Part shown: positions 28,564 through 37,649 of the stretch, in pieces
Layout: each line of letters opens with the position of its first letter
How positions within the stretch are numbered: position 1 is the stretch's first letter
From: an uncultured Actinomycetota bacterium
GTDB lineage: Bacteria; Actinomycetota; Thermoleophilia; RBG-16-64-13
Length of the DNA stretch: 64,000 bases
Assembly: GCA_963796315.1 (NCBI GenBank)
Contig: CAWCLH010000020.1
Span: 689,039 to 753,038, forward strand
Direction of reading: 5' to 3'
Position numbers and translations under genes: made by a program
Notes under the pieces: model-generated
Database searches by the model: none
Told to the model about the DNA's origin: nothing
What the model saw: the letters and a program-made list of their open reading frames with translations, nothing else

Positions 28564-29148
28564 CTACCTGTGGTCGATGATCTTGTCCACGATCCCGTAC
28601 TCCAGCGCCTCGGCGGCGGTCATGAAGTAGTCCCGGTCGGTGTCTTTCCCGACCTTCTCGATGGGCTGCCCGGTATGCTCAGAGAGTATCTCGTCCAGGC
28701 GGCGGCGCAGGTTGAGCGCTTCCCGTGCCTGTATCTCGATATCGGCCGCCGGACCCTGGAACCCTCCCGAAACCTGATGGATGAGTATCTTGGAATTCGG
28801 CAGCGCGAGGCGCTTCCCCTTCGTGCCGCCCGCCAGGAGCAGAGCGCCCATCGACATGGCCACGCCCACGCAGATCGTGGAGATGTCCGGCTTCACGAAC
28901 TGCATGGTGTCGTAGATGGCCAGCCCCGCGTAGACGCTGCCGCCGGGGCTGTTGACGTAGATGGCGATGTCCTTGTCCGGATCCTCGGACTCCAGGTGCA
29001 GCAACTGGGCGACGATGAGATTGGCGACCTGGTCGTTGACCGGCGTGCCAAGGAAGATGATGCGCTCGTTGAGCAGGCGGGAGTAGATGTCGAAGGCTCG
29101 CTCGCCTCGGCTGGTCTGCTCGACCACCATCGGGACCAATGGGCTCAC
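28564..29148 (-). CDS. clpP: Clp protease proteolytic subunit
   Basis: [40 protein letters not shown]. Confidence 0.97.
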   Translation of the reverse strand: MSPLVPMVVEQTSRGERAFDIYSRLLNERIIFLGTPVNDQVANLIVAQLLHLESEDPDKDIAIYVNSPGGSVYAGLAIYDTMQFVKPDISTICVGVAMSMGALLLAGGTKGKRLALPNSKILIHQVSGGFQGPAADIEIQAREALNLRRRLDEILSEHTGQPIEKVGKDTDRDYFMTAAEALEYGIVDKIIDHR

Positions 29149-29185
29149 GATCGTATCCTTTCGGCTCGGGTGATGTGAGCGAGGA

Positions 29186-30578
29186 TCAGGCTTCGGGCCC
29201 GGGCTCCTCGTGCGACTCCGCTTCGCCGCCGGCCTGCTCCGACTCCTCGCCCTCCGCTTCAGGCACCTCGGGCTCGGCCACAGGCTCCGTTGGCACGGCA
29301 TTCTCGACGATGAGGTCGGCCGCTTTCTCGCGCACCAGCTGCCGTCGGACCGTGGTCATTCTACCAGACTCCTCCAGGCGCGAACGGAACTCCGCGGGCT
29401 CCATACCGGCCTGAGCAGCCATTCCGTCGAGTCGTTGCTCGAGCTCCTCGTCGCTCGCGGTCAGGCCCTCGGCTTCCGCCACCGCGTCGAGGACAGCCCC
29501 GGTCTTCACCGTGGTCTCGGCGCCTGGACGGACGTCGTTCAGCATGGACTCCACCGTGGTGCCGGTGGCTTCCAGGTACTGGCGCACGTCGGCTCCCTGC
29601 AGCTGCAGCGACCGGAGGAAATCGTCCATCATCTCGTGGGCCTGCTCCTCCACGACCACCTCGGGCAGCTCGACGGAGGCGAGGTCGACGGCCTTGGCGA
29701 TGGCCGCGTTGCGGAAGCGCCGGCGGCTGTTGGCGTCGCGGGTGCCCTGCAGCTTCTGACGGATGTCCAGACGCAGCTCCAGCAACGTCGCGAACTCGCT
29801 CACGTCCTTGGCCAGCTCGTCGTTCAACTCGGGCAGGACGAGCTCCTTGAGGTCCTTGAGCCGCACGGTGAAGTCCACCGTCTTGCCGGCCAGCTCCTCC
29901 GCCCCGTAGTCCTCGGGGAAGGTCACGGCCACCTGCCGCTCCTCCCCCACGCTCATGCCGACGATGCCCTCCTCCAGGTCCGGCAGGAACTGGCCGCTCC
30001 CCAGCTGGTACTGGTAGTCCTCCACCGCGGTGTTCTCGACGGTCTCGCCGTCCAGCACGCCGGAGAAGTCCACCACCACGTAGTCGTCCTTCTGGGCCGG
30101 GCGGCCCTCGACGGTGGTCAGCTCCGCGAACTCGCCGCCGCAGCCTGTCCACCTGCGCGTCCACCTCGGCGTCCTCGACCTGGGACTCCTCCCGCGGGAC
30201 CTCCAGGCCCTTGTACTCGCCCAGCTCGGCCTTCGGCATGACCTCCACCGTCGCCTTGAACGTGAAGGGCCTACCGGCCTCCGGGTCCTCGTCGTAGTCC
30301 ACGTCCGGACGGCCCACGGGAGTGATGCCCGACTGCGCCGCTGCCCGCCCGTACCAGACGCTCAGATGGTCGTCGAGCATCTGATGCGTGATGGCATGCA
30401 TGCCGAAGCGCTGCATCACCAGATTGCGGGGCACCTTCCCCTTACGGAAGCCGGGCAACCGGACGTCCTTGGCGAGCTGGCCCACGGTCGCGTCGAGCGC
30501 CTGCTGCACCTCCTCCTCGGACAGTTCGACGTCCAGGCGGACGGTGTTGCCTTCCTGCTCGCTGACGGTGCTCTTCAC
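29186..30578 (-). CDS. tig: trigger factor, one-base insertion near 30138
   Basis: [10 protein letters not shown] ribosome-binding motif; FKBP domain [15 protein letters not shown]; position upstream of clpP. Confidence 0.95.
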
Positions 30579-30646
30579 GCTGCTCCTTTCCGGGATGACA
30601 CGGGGCGCCCCGGGCGGACGCCCGGCTCCGAGATGCTCGATCGAGG

Positions 30647-30726
30647 TGCGGGTGAGAGGACTCGAACCTCCACGTCAAAGACACATGATCCTAAATCATG
30701 CGCGTCTGCCATTCCGCCACACCCGC
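30647..30726 (-). tRNA. tRNA-Leu(TAG)
   Basis: GCGGGTG/CACCCGC acceptor stem, CATGA-TTTAGGA-TCATG anticodon arm, long variable arm, GGTTCGAGTCC. Confidence 0.95.
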
Positions 30727-30737
30727 ATGCGTACGAC

Positions 30738-30784
30738 AAAACGACCCTTCGCCGGCCACCGGTGCGGCGCCGCGCGAAGGGTCG
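30738..30784 (-). terminator. putative intrinsic terminator or processing hairpin between tRNA-His and tRNA-Leu
   Basis: 11-bp stem CGACCCTTCGC/GCGAAGGGTCG followed by TTTT on the minus strand. Confidence 0.5.
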
Positions 30785-30795
30785 CCCCGTCGAGG

Positions 30796-30870
30796 GGTGA
30801 ACGACGGGATTTGAACCCGCGACCGCTGGGGCCACAACCCAGTGCTCTACCTAGCTGAGCTACGTTCACC
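30796..30870 (-). tRNA. tRNA-His(GTG)
   Basis: G-1 plus GTGAACG/CGTTCAC-C acceptor; CTGGG-TTGTGGC-CCCAG anticodon arm. Confidence 0.95.
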
Positions 30871-30958
30871 ACACCGAGGCAGCCCGGGCGCTCCCGGAGG
30901 TCCCCAAGAAGGCGGCCTCGCGGGGATGGATCGGCGCCCCGGCTGTCGTGCGCGAGCC

Positions 30959-30964
30959 ATTATA
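30959..30964 (-). promoter_or_regulatory. -10 box (TATAAT) upstream of tRNA-His
   Basis: Perfect hexamer about 90 nt upstream of tRNA-His. Confidence 0.6.
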
Positions 30965-31329
30965 GCCGATGCGGCGCGGGCCCGCGGACGTCGGGATGGG
31001 GCGGCCGCAGGCGCGAGGGGGTCACCGTTCGCTTCGCAGCAGTCGACGCGCGATCAGGAAGGCGGGGACGACGATGTGGGAGGCGTGGTCGCCCAGGAGA
31101 TGGAGCCCGTGGATGACCATGGCGATGCGCGTGAAGTGCACGAAGAAACCGCCATGGCACAGAACAGGACCCACCGGGAACCCCAGCGTGGGGCGGCGAC
31201 ATCGGCTCCAGTGACGCGCCGGCAAGAGCCGAGAGCGTCCTCCCGACGGCTCCCTCACGCCCCAGACGAGCAGGGAGCGTTCCTCAAGCAACTCCGACAA
31301 CCCTAGTGCCCCCCTCCTCACTCGAGAGG

Positions 31330-31403
31330 CGCGCCTGGCAGGACTCGAACCTGCGACAAGCGGATTAGAAGTCCGCTGCTCTATCCATCTGAGCTACAGG
31401 CGC
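31330..31403 (-). tRNA. tRNA-Arg(TCT)
   Basis: GCGCCTG/CAGGCGC acceptor; GCGGA-CTTCTAA-TCCGC anticodon arm. Confidence 0.95.
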
Positions 31404-31444
31404 TCGTCACTCGCCGTGCGCGGCCCTCACCGGAGAAGAGAGGA

Positions 31445-31517
31445 AGCGGGCGACGGGATTCGAACCCGCGACATCCAGCTTGGAAGGCTGACGCTCTACC
31501 AACTGAGCTACACCCGC
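31445..31517 (-). tRNA. tRNA-Gly(TCC)
   Basis: GCGGGTG/CGCCCGC-T acceptor; CAGC-CTTCCAA-GCTG anticodon arm. Confidence 0.95.
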
Positions 31518-31547
31518 CCGTGCGCCCTCCGACCTCTCGGTGGCTAG

Positions 31548-31621
31548 TCGGGACGAGAGGATTTGAACCTCCGACCCTCTGCTCCCAAAGCAGATGCGCT
31601 ACCAGGCTGCGCCACGTCCCG
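31548..31621 (-). tRNA. tRNA-Pro(TGG)
   Basis: CGGGACG/CGTCCCG-A acceptor; TCTGC-TTTGGGA-GCAGA anticodon arm. Confidence 0.95.
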
Positions 31622-31898
31622 TCCGTGGACCGCGCGGCGATCGGGCGGGAGTATATCCCAGGGATCGTTCCTCCTGGCCGCCGGCGCCACGGTCCCTGCC
31701 AGTGTAGCGCCCCGGCGCGACGGCTGAAAGACCGGTTCGGGCCGCACTTTCCGGTCCGCACCGGTTGCTATAGAATGAGCGCCGGCGCCCGGCCGGGCGC
31801 TCGGGCGCTCCCGCGGGTCATCGTCGTCGATACGACCCTGCTCCCGCAGCACATCCGCCCAAGCCCACACAGCACCAGCGCGACGAGAGGACAGCGCC

Positions 31899-32825
31899 TT
31901 GAAGATACTCGTCACGGGGGGCGCCGGCTTCATCGGCTCCCACATCGTCGACCGCTTCCTGGAGCTCGGTCACGACCTGGCCGTGGTGGACAACCTGGCA
32001 ACGGGCAAACGGGAGCATGTGAACGCGGAGGCCGCCTTCCACGAAGTCGACATCCGCGACGCGGCCCTGGACGAGGTCTTCCGGACCGAGCGGCCGGAGG
32101 TGGTGGTGCATCACGCCGCCCACATCGACGTGCGCCGTTCGGTCAGCGACCCGGCCTACGACGCGGGCGTCAACGTGCTGGGAAGTCTCAACCTGCTGGA
32201 GTGCGCCCGGCGCGCCGGGACACGCAAGGTGCTCTACGCGGGCACGGGCGGGGCCCTCTTCGGAGAGGCGCAGTACCTGCCGGTGGACGAGGCCCACCCT
32301 ATCGACCCCATCTCGCCCTACGGCGTGAGCAAGCACACGGTCGAGCACTACCTCTTCACCTACCGGGTGAACTTCGGGCTGGACTTCACCGTGCTGCGCT
32401 ACCCCAACGTCTACGGTCCCCGCCAGGACCCGCACGGCGAGGCGGGCGTGGTGGCCATCTTCGCCCTGCAGCTCCTGGAGGGGAAGCAGCCCACCATCTT
32501 CGGGGACGGCACCAAGACCAGGGACTACTGCTACGTGGGCGACATCGTCCAGGCGAACGTGCTGGCGCTGGAGGCGGGGACCGGTGGCGTGTACAACATC
32601 GGGCGGGGAATCGAGGTCAGCGACCAAGGCATCTTCGAAGCCGTGCGGGACGCGGTCGGCAGCTCCATGGAACCGGCCTACGGCCCGCCCCGCGCCGGCG
32701 AGGTCGAGCACATCGCCCTGGACGCCGCCTGCGCGCGCCGGGAGCTGGGCTGGGAGTGGCAGGTCGATCTATCGGATGGGGTGGGACGCGCGGTGGCGTT
32801 CTACCAAGGACAGGGAGTGAGGTAG
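31899..32825 (+). CDS. galE: NAD-dependent epimerase/dehydratase, UDP-glucose 4-epimerase-like
   Basis: ILVTGGAGFIGSH, YGVSK (YxxxK), LRYPNVYGPRQDPHGEAGVV, GDGTKTRDY. Confidence 0.85.
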   Translation: MKILVTGGAGFIGSHIVDRFLELGHDLAVVDNLATGKREHVNAEAAFHEVDIRDAALDEVFRTERPEVVVHHAAHIDVRRSVSDPAYDAGVNVLGSLNLLECARRAGTRKVLYAGTGGALFGEAQYLPVDEAHPIDPISPYGVSKHTVEHYLFTYRVNFGLDFTVLRYPNVYGPRQDPHGEAGVVAIFALQLLEGKQPTIFGDGTKTRDYCYVGDIVQANVLALEAGTGGVYNIGRGIEVSDQGIFEAVRDAVGSSMEPAYGPPRAGEVEHIALDAACARRELGWEWQVDLSDGVGRAVAFYQGQGVR

Positions 32826-32828
32826 GCA

Positions 32829-33206
32829 GTGGCACGAGGCGGACGCGGCGGCAGAGACGCATCGGATCGAGACCGGGATAGGGATCGAGACCGCGACAGG
32901 GACAGGGACCGCCAGAACCTGCGGGGCCGTGACGGCGGCGACGGCGACTTCGGCGAGGTCGAGCGCGACTCCCTGGCCGCCCTCAAGACGATCCTGCTCA
33001 AGGTGGCGGGACTGCTCAAGCCGCTCGGGCTGACGCCGGCCGAGTCCACCAACCTGGTGGAGCGCCTCTACGAGGGCGTGATCGAGCTGGACGTGAAGCT
33101 CGCCGGGGAACCCGACGAGGCCCGCCGCAACCAGATGCTCGAGTTGGTCCAGCAGGCGACCGTCCGGCGCGAGGACGACGAGTTGGTCATCGACTACGCC
33201 GAGTAG
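32829..33206 (+). CDS. hypothetical protein with N-terminal RGG and (DR)8 tract
   Basis: GTG 3 nt after the galE stop with GAGG upstream; high-GC3 helical C-terminal domain; followed by a hairpin. Confidence 0.8.
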   Translation: MARGGRGGRDASDRDRDRDRDRDRDRDRQNLRGRDGGDGDFGEVERDSLAALKTILLKVAGLLKPLGLTPAESTNLVERLYEGVIELDVKLAGEPDEARRNQMLELVQQATVRREDDELVIDYAE

Positions 33207-33210
33207 CGCC

Positions 33211-33244
33211 CGGGAGGGGCGGCCTTGGCAGACCGCCCCTCCCG
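33211..33244. terminator. bidirectional hairpin between convergent genes
   Basis: Perfect 12-bp stem CGGGAGGGGCGG/CCGCCCCTCCCG. Confidence 0.65.
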
Positions 33245-33258
33245 CCGGAGCGACGGCC

Positions 33259-34056
33259 CTACCGCGCCCCGGCCAGTGCCGAGCCGCAGCCGCAATCCCG
33301 GGGATGGTGCGGCAGCGTGGGGATGACCGCGAACAGCAGGTCCCGCAGACGCGCGTTGTTCGCCTCGAACACCCGGATGACCTCGGCGTGGCTGACCGGG
33401 GAGACCCCCGGGTCGTCGCCCACGCCCACGTCGTAGTCGGTGATCAGCGACACGTTGGCGTAGCAGAGCTCCAGCTCGCGCGCCAAGTAGCCCTCGGGGT
33501 AAGCCGTCATGTTGATGACCTCCCAGCCCGCTGAGCCGTACCACTTGCTCTCCGCGCGGGTGGAGAACCGCGGTCCCTGCACCACGACGACGGTGCCCCG
33601 CTCATGCACGTCGATGCCCAGCACCTTGGCCTGGTCGATCAACGCCCGGCGCAGGATGGGACAGTAGGGGTCGGCGGACGAGACGTGGGTGGTGATGGGC
33701 CCGTCGTAGAACGTGTCCTTGCGGGCGTTGGTCCGGTCCACGAACTGGTCCGCCACCACGAAGTCGCCCGGCTTCACCTGCTTCTGAAGGCTCCCCGAGG
33801 CGCAGGGCCCGAAGAGCCGGGTGACGCCCAGCTCCTTCATCCCCCAGACGTTCGCCCGGTAGTTGATGGCGTGAGGAGGCAGCTGGTGCCGGCGACCGTG
33901 CCGGGGGAGGAAGGCGACCCGCACCCCGCCCACCTCGCCGATCAGGTAGCTGTCGCTGGGGGGACCGTACGGAGTCTCGACGACGACCTCCTCGACGTCC
34001 TCCAAGAACGAGTAGAACCCGGACCCGCCGAACACGCCGACCTCTGCCTTGGGCAT
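33259..34056 (-). CDS. mtnP: S-methyl-5'-thioadenosine phosphorylase
   Basis: GVFGGSGFY, TPYGPPSD, LPRHGRRH, NYRANVW, GPRFSTRAES, INMT, ITDYD. Confidence 0.93.
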   Translation of the reverse strand: MPKAEVGVFGGSGFYSFLEDVEEVVVETPYGPPSDSYLIGEVGGVRVAFLPRHGRRHQLPPHAINYRANVWGMKELGVTRLFGPCASGSLQKQVKPGDFVVADQFVDRTNARKDTFYDGPITTHVSSADPYCPILRRALIDQAKVLGIDVHERGTVVVVQGPRFSTRAESKWYGSAGWEVINMTAYPEGYLARELELCYANVSLITDYDVGVGDDPGVSPVSHAEVIRVFEANNARLRDLLFAVIPTLPHHPRDCGCGSALAGAR

Positions 34057-34076
34057 CGCGCCTCCTCCGCTCGCAC

Positions 34077-34653
34077 TCACTCGTCCACCTTCGGCTCGTC
34101 GGCGGAATCCGGCCCGCCCGTCCCGGCCGCGTCCGCGTCGGCGGGCGTCGGGGCCTCGACGTCCGGCTCGGGCTGCGCGCCCGATTCGGGCTGCGGCGCC
34201 GATTCGGGCTGAGCGTCGGCGGTAGTGTCGATGGTTTCGGCGGCGGTGGTGTCGGCGTCGGCGGCCGTCGGAGCGCTCGTAGTCCGCCTCGACCACCTCA
34301 TCCTCCTCGGGAGGCGCCGACTCCCTCTCCACCTGCGCGACGAACGCCATCTGCATCTGCGCCAGAGTGCTCCGGTACATCCCCACCTCGTCGGCCGGTC
34401 GCAGTGGAGCGACCACCTCGAGCAAGGCTCTGAACGCATCGATGGCCAAGCGGGACTGGGCCAGGTCCCGGTCGCCCTGCGACTCCGGGGTCAGGCCAAG
34501 GTGCTGGAAAGCCAGGCTGGGAAGGATCTGCATGAGATGGAGCAGGTGGTCGGCCACGGTCAGCCGCCGCATCTCCTCCTGGAGCCGCTCCAGCAACTCG
34601 GCCTCGAAACGCGCGCGATCGGCGCTCTCGGCGCCCGATTCCTCCGGTGTCAT
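34077..34653 (-). CDS. DUF1844-like protein with acidic low-complexity tail, frameshift near 34275
   Basis: LAFQHLGL..RDLAQSRLAIDAFRALL..LAQMQMAFV; ATG after GGAGG; tail has QPES repeats. Confidence 0.7.
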
Positions 34654-34737
34654 GCGTCCTCCACGCTGTCGGTTCAGGGGCGACTCCATAGTATCCTCGG
34701 GGGGCGTGACCGGGTCAAACGCACCACGGGAGAGCGG

Positions 34738-35751
34738 ATGGACTACGGCGAGTTGCTGAATGGGGCCTGGCGGGTGGTGTGGCGGCACCGGTACCTGTGG
34801 CTCCTGGGGCTGTTCGCCGGCGGCGGCGGGTTCGCCGGGTGCGGCTCGCCCGGAGGGCAGAACTACCGCTACGACGTCCCCTCCGGTTCGTTCGGGGGGA
34901 ATCTGGAGGAGCATCTCCCTCTGATCTTCGGCCTGGCGGCTCTGGCCCTCCTCGTGGTCCTGGTGCTCGCCGTCATCTCGGTGGCGGCGACCGCAGGGCT
35001 GGTCACCGGGACGGACGCGGCCTACCGAGGGGCGCCGATCCGGGCGCGGGAGGCGTGGCGGCAGGGGTGGTCCGCGTTCTGGCGGCTGCTGGGACTGTGG
35101 CTGCTGGTGGGCGTCGTCGTGACGGCCGTCGTGCTGCTGCTCGTGGCCGTGGTGGCGATCCCGCCGGTCGTCTCGGCCGTGGCGCGTGACGGCGGGCCCT
35201 CGGGTTGGGCGATCCTCTACGCGGTGGGCGCGGGGCTCGTGGCGCTACTCGTACTGCTGGTGGGGGGCGTGGCCGTCAGCATCGCCCTCCAGTGGGCGTT
35301 ACGCGCGCTCGTGCTGGACGGGGCAGGGATCGTGGACTCCTTGCGTCGCAGTGCCGGCCTGCTGCGGTCGAGACCGGGCAGAAGCCTGGGGGTCTGGGGG
35401 ATCAGCCTGGGGTTGAGCCTGGTCATCGGGCTCGTCGTGGGCGGCGCGGTCTTGGCGGCCGCGGTCCCCGCCATCCTCATCGGCGTGGCCGCCTGGCGAA
35501 CGGAGGCCGCCGCCGTGTGGGCGTTCGTTCCGCTGGCTGCGCTGCTCGCCCTGGTCGTGTTCGGCTTGCTGAAGGCGGTGAGCTCCACCTTCTTCTCGGC
35601 CTACTGGACGATCGCCTACCTCCACCTGACGGAGGAGTTGGCGGGAATCGCCGCGGGGCCGCAAGGAAAGCTGAGCGCAGGAAGAGAGAAACGGATCCCG
35701 GCGCCCTACGCGACGCCGGCCGGTTCCCCCATCGTCTCGGCGACATTGTGA
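34738..35751 (+). CDS. multi-pass membrane protein (MDYGELL..AWRVVWRHRYLW family)
   Basis: Six to seven hydrophobic segments; AWRQGWSAFWRLL, SLRRSAGLLR and WTIAYLHL patterns typical of uncharacterised GDPD-membrane-domain-like proteins. Confidence 0.8.
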   Translation: MDYGELLNGAWRVVWRHRYLWLLGLFAGGGGFAGCGSPGGQNYRYDVPSGSFGGNLEEHLPLIFGLAALALLVVLVLAVISVAATAGLVTGTDAAYRGAPIRAREAWRQGWSAFWRLLGLWLLVGVVVTAVVLLLVAVVAIPPVVSAVARDGGPSGWAILYAVGAGLVALLVLLVGGVAVSIALQWALRALVLDGAGIVDSLRRSAGLLRSRPGRSLGVWGISLGLSLVIGLVVGGAVLAAAVPAILIGVAAWRTEAAAVWAFVPLAALLALVVFGLLKAVSSTFFSAYWTIAYLHLTEELAGIAAGPQGKLSAGREKRIPAPYATPAGSPIVSATL

Positions 35752-36860
35752 CGATGGATCTCTCGGATGTCGAGTCCCGACCGGAAGAGCTCCAGCTGGC
35801 GCTGCGCGGAGTTCCCCGTCGAGAGCATCGTCTCCACGTGCGCCAACTCGTCGACCACTCCCACTCGGTCGGCCGCGGAAGCAGCCCGATCGAGCAACCG
35901 ACGGATGGCCTGGACGGCCGGTTCTTCCGCCCGCCGGTCGATGTCGATCAGTTTGCCGTCCAGGCCATAGCGCAACGCCCGCCAGCGGTTCTCCTCGATG
36001 AAGCGGGAGGCGTGCGTGGGCAAACGGCCCGTGCGGTCGTACTCGTCCAAGAGGGTGGCGGTAAGGGCGACGACCAGCCCTCCCAGCGCCATGGAATCCG
36101 CGAAACGAGGCTGCGCGTCCGTCGCCCGGAACTCAAGCGTCCCGAACGCCGGGTGCATCCGCACGGTCCACCAGATCTGGGTGGGCTCGACGACCGAATT
36201 CGTCTTCCACAGGAAGTCCGCGTAGTCGGCGTACGTGGCCCAGTCCCCGTAGATGTCCGGGACGCCGCAGCGGGGGAAGGCGCGTATGAACACCTGCGAG
36301 CGTGTGGAGTGCAGGCCCGTCGCCATCTGCTCGTAGAAGGGCGAACTGGCCGAGAGCGCGAGCAAGGGCGGGATGAACGAGCGGAAGGCGTCGTGGAGAG
36401 CCACGGCCCGGTCCGGGCCACGCACGCCGACGTGGACGTGTAGGGCGAAGGTGTTGTTGGTCCAAGCCACGTACTGCAGGTTGTCGACCACCCGCTGGTA
36501 GTGCGGACTCTGGATGAACTCCTGGTCCTGCCAGCGGCTGAAGGGGTGGACGCCGGTAGCGCATAGCCGCAGGCCCAATCGGCGGGCGGCCTGGACCAGC
36601 AGCGCGCGCTTGCGAACCATGTCGGCCCTCGCCTCGGCAAAGGTGTAGGCCTTGACACTGTTGATCTCCGCTTCAGACCGAAGCAGCTCCGTATAGACCA
36701 GCTGCCCGCCGAAGAGGCGGTCGCCCTCCTCCTTCAGATCATCGAACCGGCTGGTCAGCGCAAGCGTCTGCGCATCGAGGATCTGGAACTCCTCCTCGAG
36801 TCCGATGGTCAAGTCCTCACTGTCGGCGAAGACCCGTTCCGCGTCTTCCAGCATCCCCAC
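35706..36860 (-). CDS. carboxylate-amine ligase, YbdK/GCS2 glutamate--cysteine ligase family
   Basis: TIGLEEEFQILD, ATGVHPFS, ALHVHVGV, LLALSASSPF, GTLEFRATD, ENRWRALRYGLDG. Confidence 0.93.
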   Translation of the reverse strand: MGMLEDAERVFADSEDLTIGLEEEFQILDAQTLALTSRFDDLKEEGDRLFGGQLVYTELLRSEAEINSVKAYTFAEARADMVRKRALLVQAARRLGLRLCATGVHPFSRWQDQEFIQSPHYQRVVDNLQYVAWTNNTFALHVHVGVRGPDRAVALHDAFRSFIPPLLALSASSPFYEQMATGLHSTRSQVFIRAFPRCGVPDIYGDWATYADYADFLWKTNSVVEPTQIWWTVRMHPAFGTLEFRATDAQPRFADSMALGGLVVALTATLLDEYDRTGRLPTHASRFIEENRWRALRYGLDGKLIDIDRRAEEPAVQAIRRLLDRAASAADRVGVVDELAHVETMLSTGNSAQRQLELFRSGLDIREIHRHNVAETMGEPAGVA

Positions 36861-36905
36861 CCGGCTCCCCGCTCCCAGAGGGCAGGCCCGGCCGGCTTGC
36901 CCCCG

Positions 36906-36939
36906 TTGGTAGAATGACCATCGCGCGTGAGTCTACCAA
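36906..36939. promoter_or_regulatory. symmetric pair of extended -10 elements for the divergent ybdK-like and ECF sigma genes
   Basis: TTGGTAGA-N18-TCTACCAA; reads TGgTAGAAT on + and TGgTAGACT on -. Confidence 0.65.
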
Positions 36940-36973
36940 AACGGCCTGCCGGCCCGACGAGACGAGGGGATGA

Positions 36974-37648
36974 GTGCAGCCGCCCGACGCCACGGTCGAC
37001 CCGGATGCAGCGCTCGTCGCCCGAGCCCGCCTGGGCGACCGGAAGGCCATGCACGAACTCTACCAACTGCACGAACGACGCGTGTACAACCTGGCCTTGC
37101 GGATGACCGGCAATCCCTGGGACGCCGCGGACGCCACCCAGGAGGCCTTCATCAAAGCCTTTACGGGCCTGGAGAGCTTCCGCGGAAACGCGCGCTTCAG
37201 CACCTGGATCCATCGCATCACCGTCAACGTCGTCTACGACCACCTGCGTCGCCGCCGCCCCGATCCCCTCGACGAGGAGACCATGGACCGGCTGGCATCG
37301 ACGCCCTCAGACCAGAGCCCGGGCCGCTCCGGGACGTTGCAGGGGATCGAGCCGATCCTGGACGGGCTCTCCGACGAGGTCACGTCCGCGCTCCTTTCCC
37401 TCGAGGAAAGCTTCCGGCTGACCGTCGTGTTGTGCGATCTGCTGGGCTTCAGCTACGGCGAGGCCGCCGAGATCCTGGAAGTCCAGGAGGGTACGGTCAA
37501 GTCCCGCCTGTTTCGTGCCCGGGCGCTGCTCGGGAAGCAGCTGGCGTCCCGGAGAGGGCCTCAGCCCTCTCCAGACCCAGGGACAGCCAGGAACCCCAAG
37601 GACGCGCCGGACGTCCCATCAACGAAGACCGCGAAAGAGACGGGTTGA
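36974..37648 (+). CDS. ECF-type RNA polymerase sigma factor
   Basis: DAADATQEAFIKAF..FRGNARFSTWIHRITVN (region 2); FSYGEAAEILEVQEGTVKSRLFRAR (region 4). Confidence 0.95.
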   Translation: MQPPDATVDPDAALVARARLGDRKAMHELYQLHERRVYNLALRMTGNPWDAADATQEAFIKAFTGLESFRGNARFSTWIHRITVNVVYDHLRRRRPDPLDEETMDRLASTPSDQSPGRSGTLQGIEPILDGLSDEVTSALLSLEESFRLTVVLCDLLGFSYGEAAEILEVQEGTVKSRLFRARALLGKQLASRRGPQPSPDPGTARNPKDAPDVPSTKTAKETG

Positions 37649-37649
37649 G

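Noticed and set aside
32865-32912. Phase-variable microsatellite
   Set aside because: The nucleotide units are heterogeneous and in frame; the repeat exists at the protein level only.
33259-34914. 551-aa DUF1844-MtnP fusion
   Set aside because: A frameshift near 34275 bypasses the stop at 34077, and mtnP has its own GGAGGAGG RBS.
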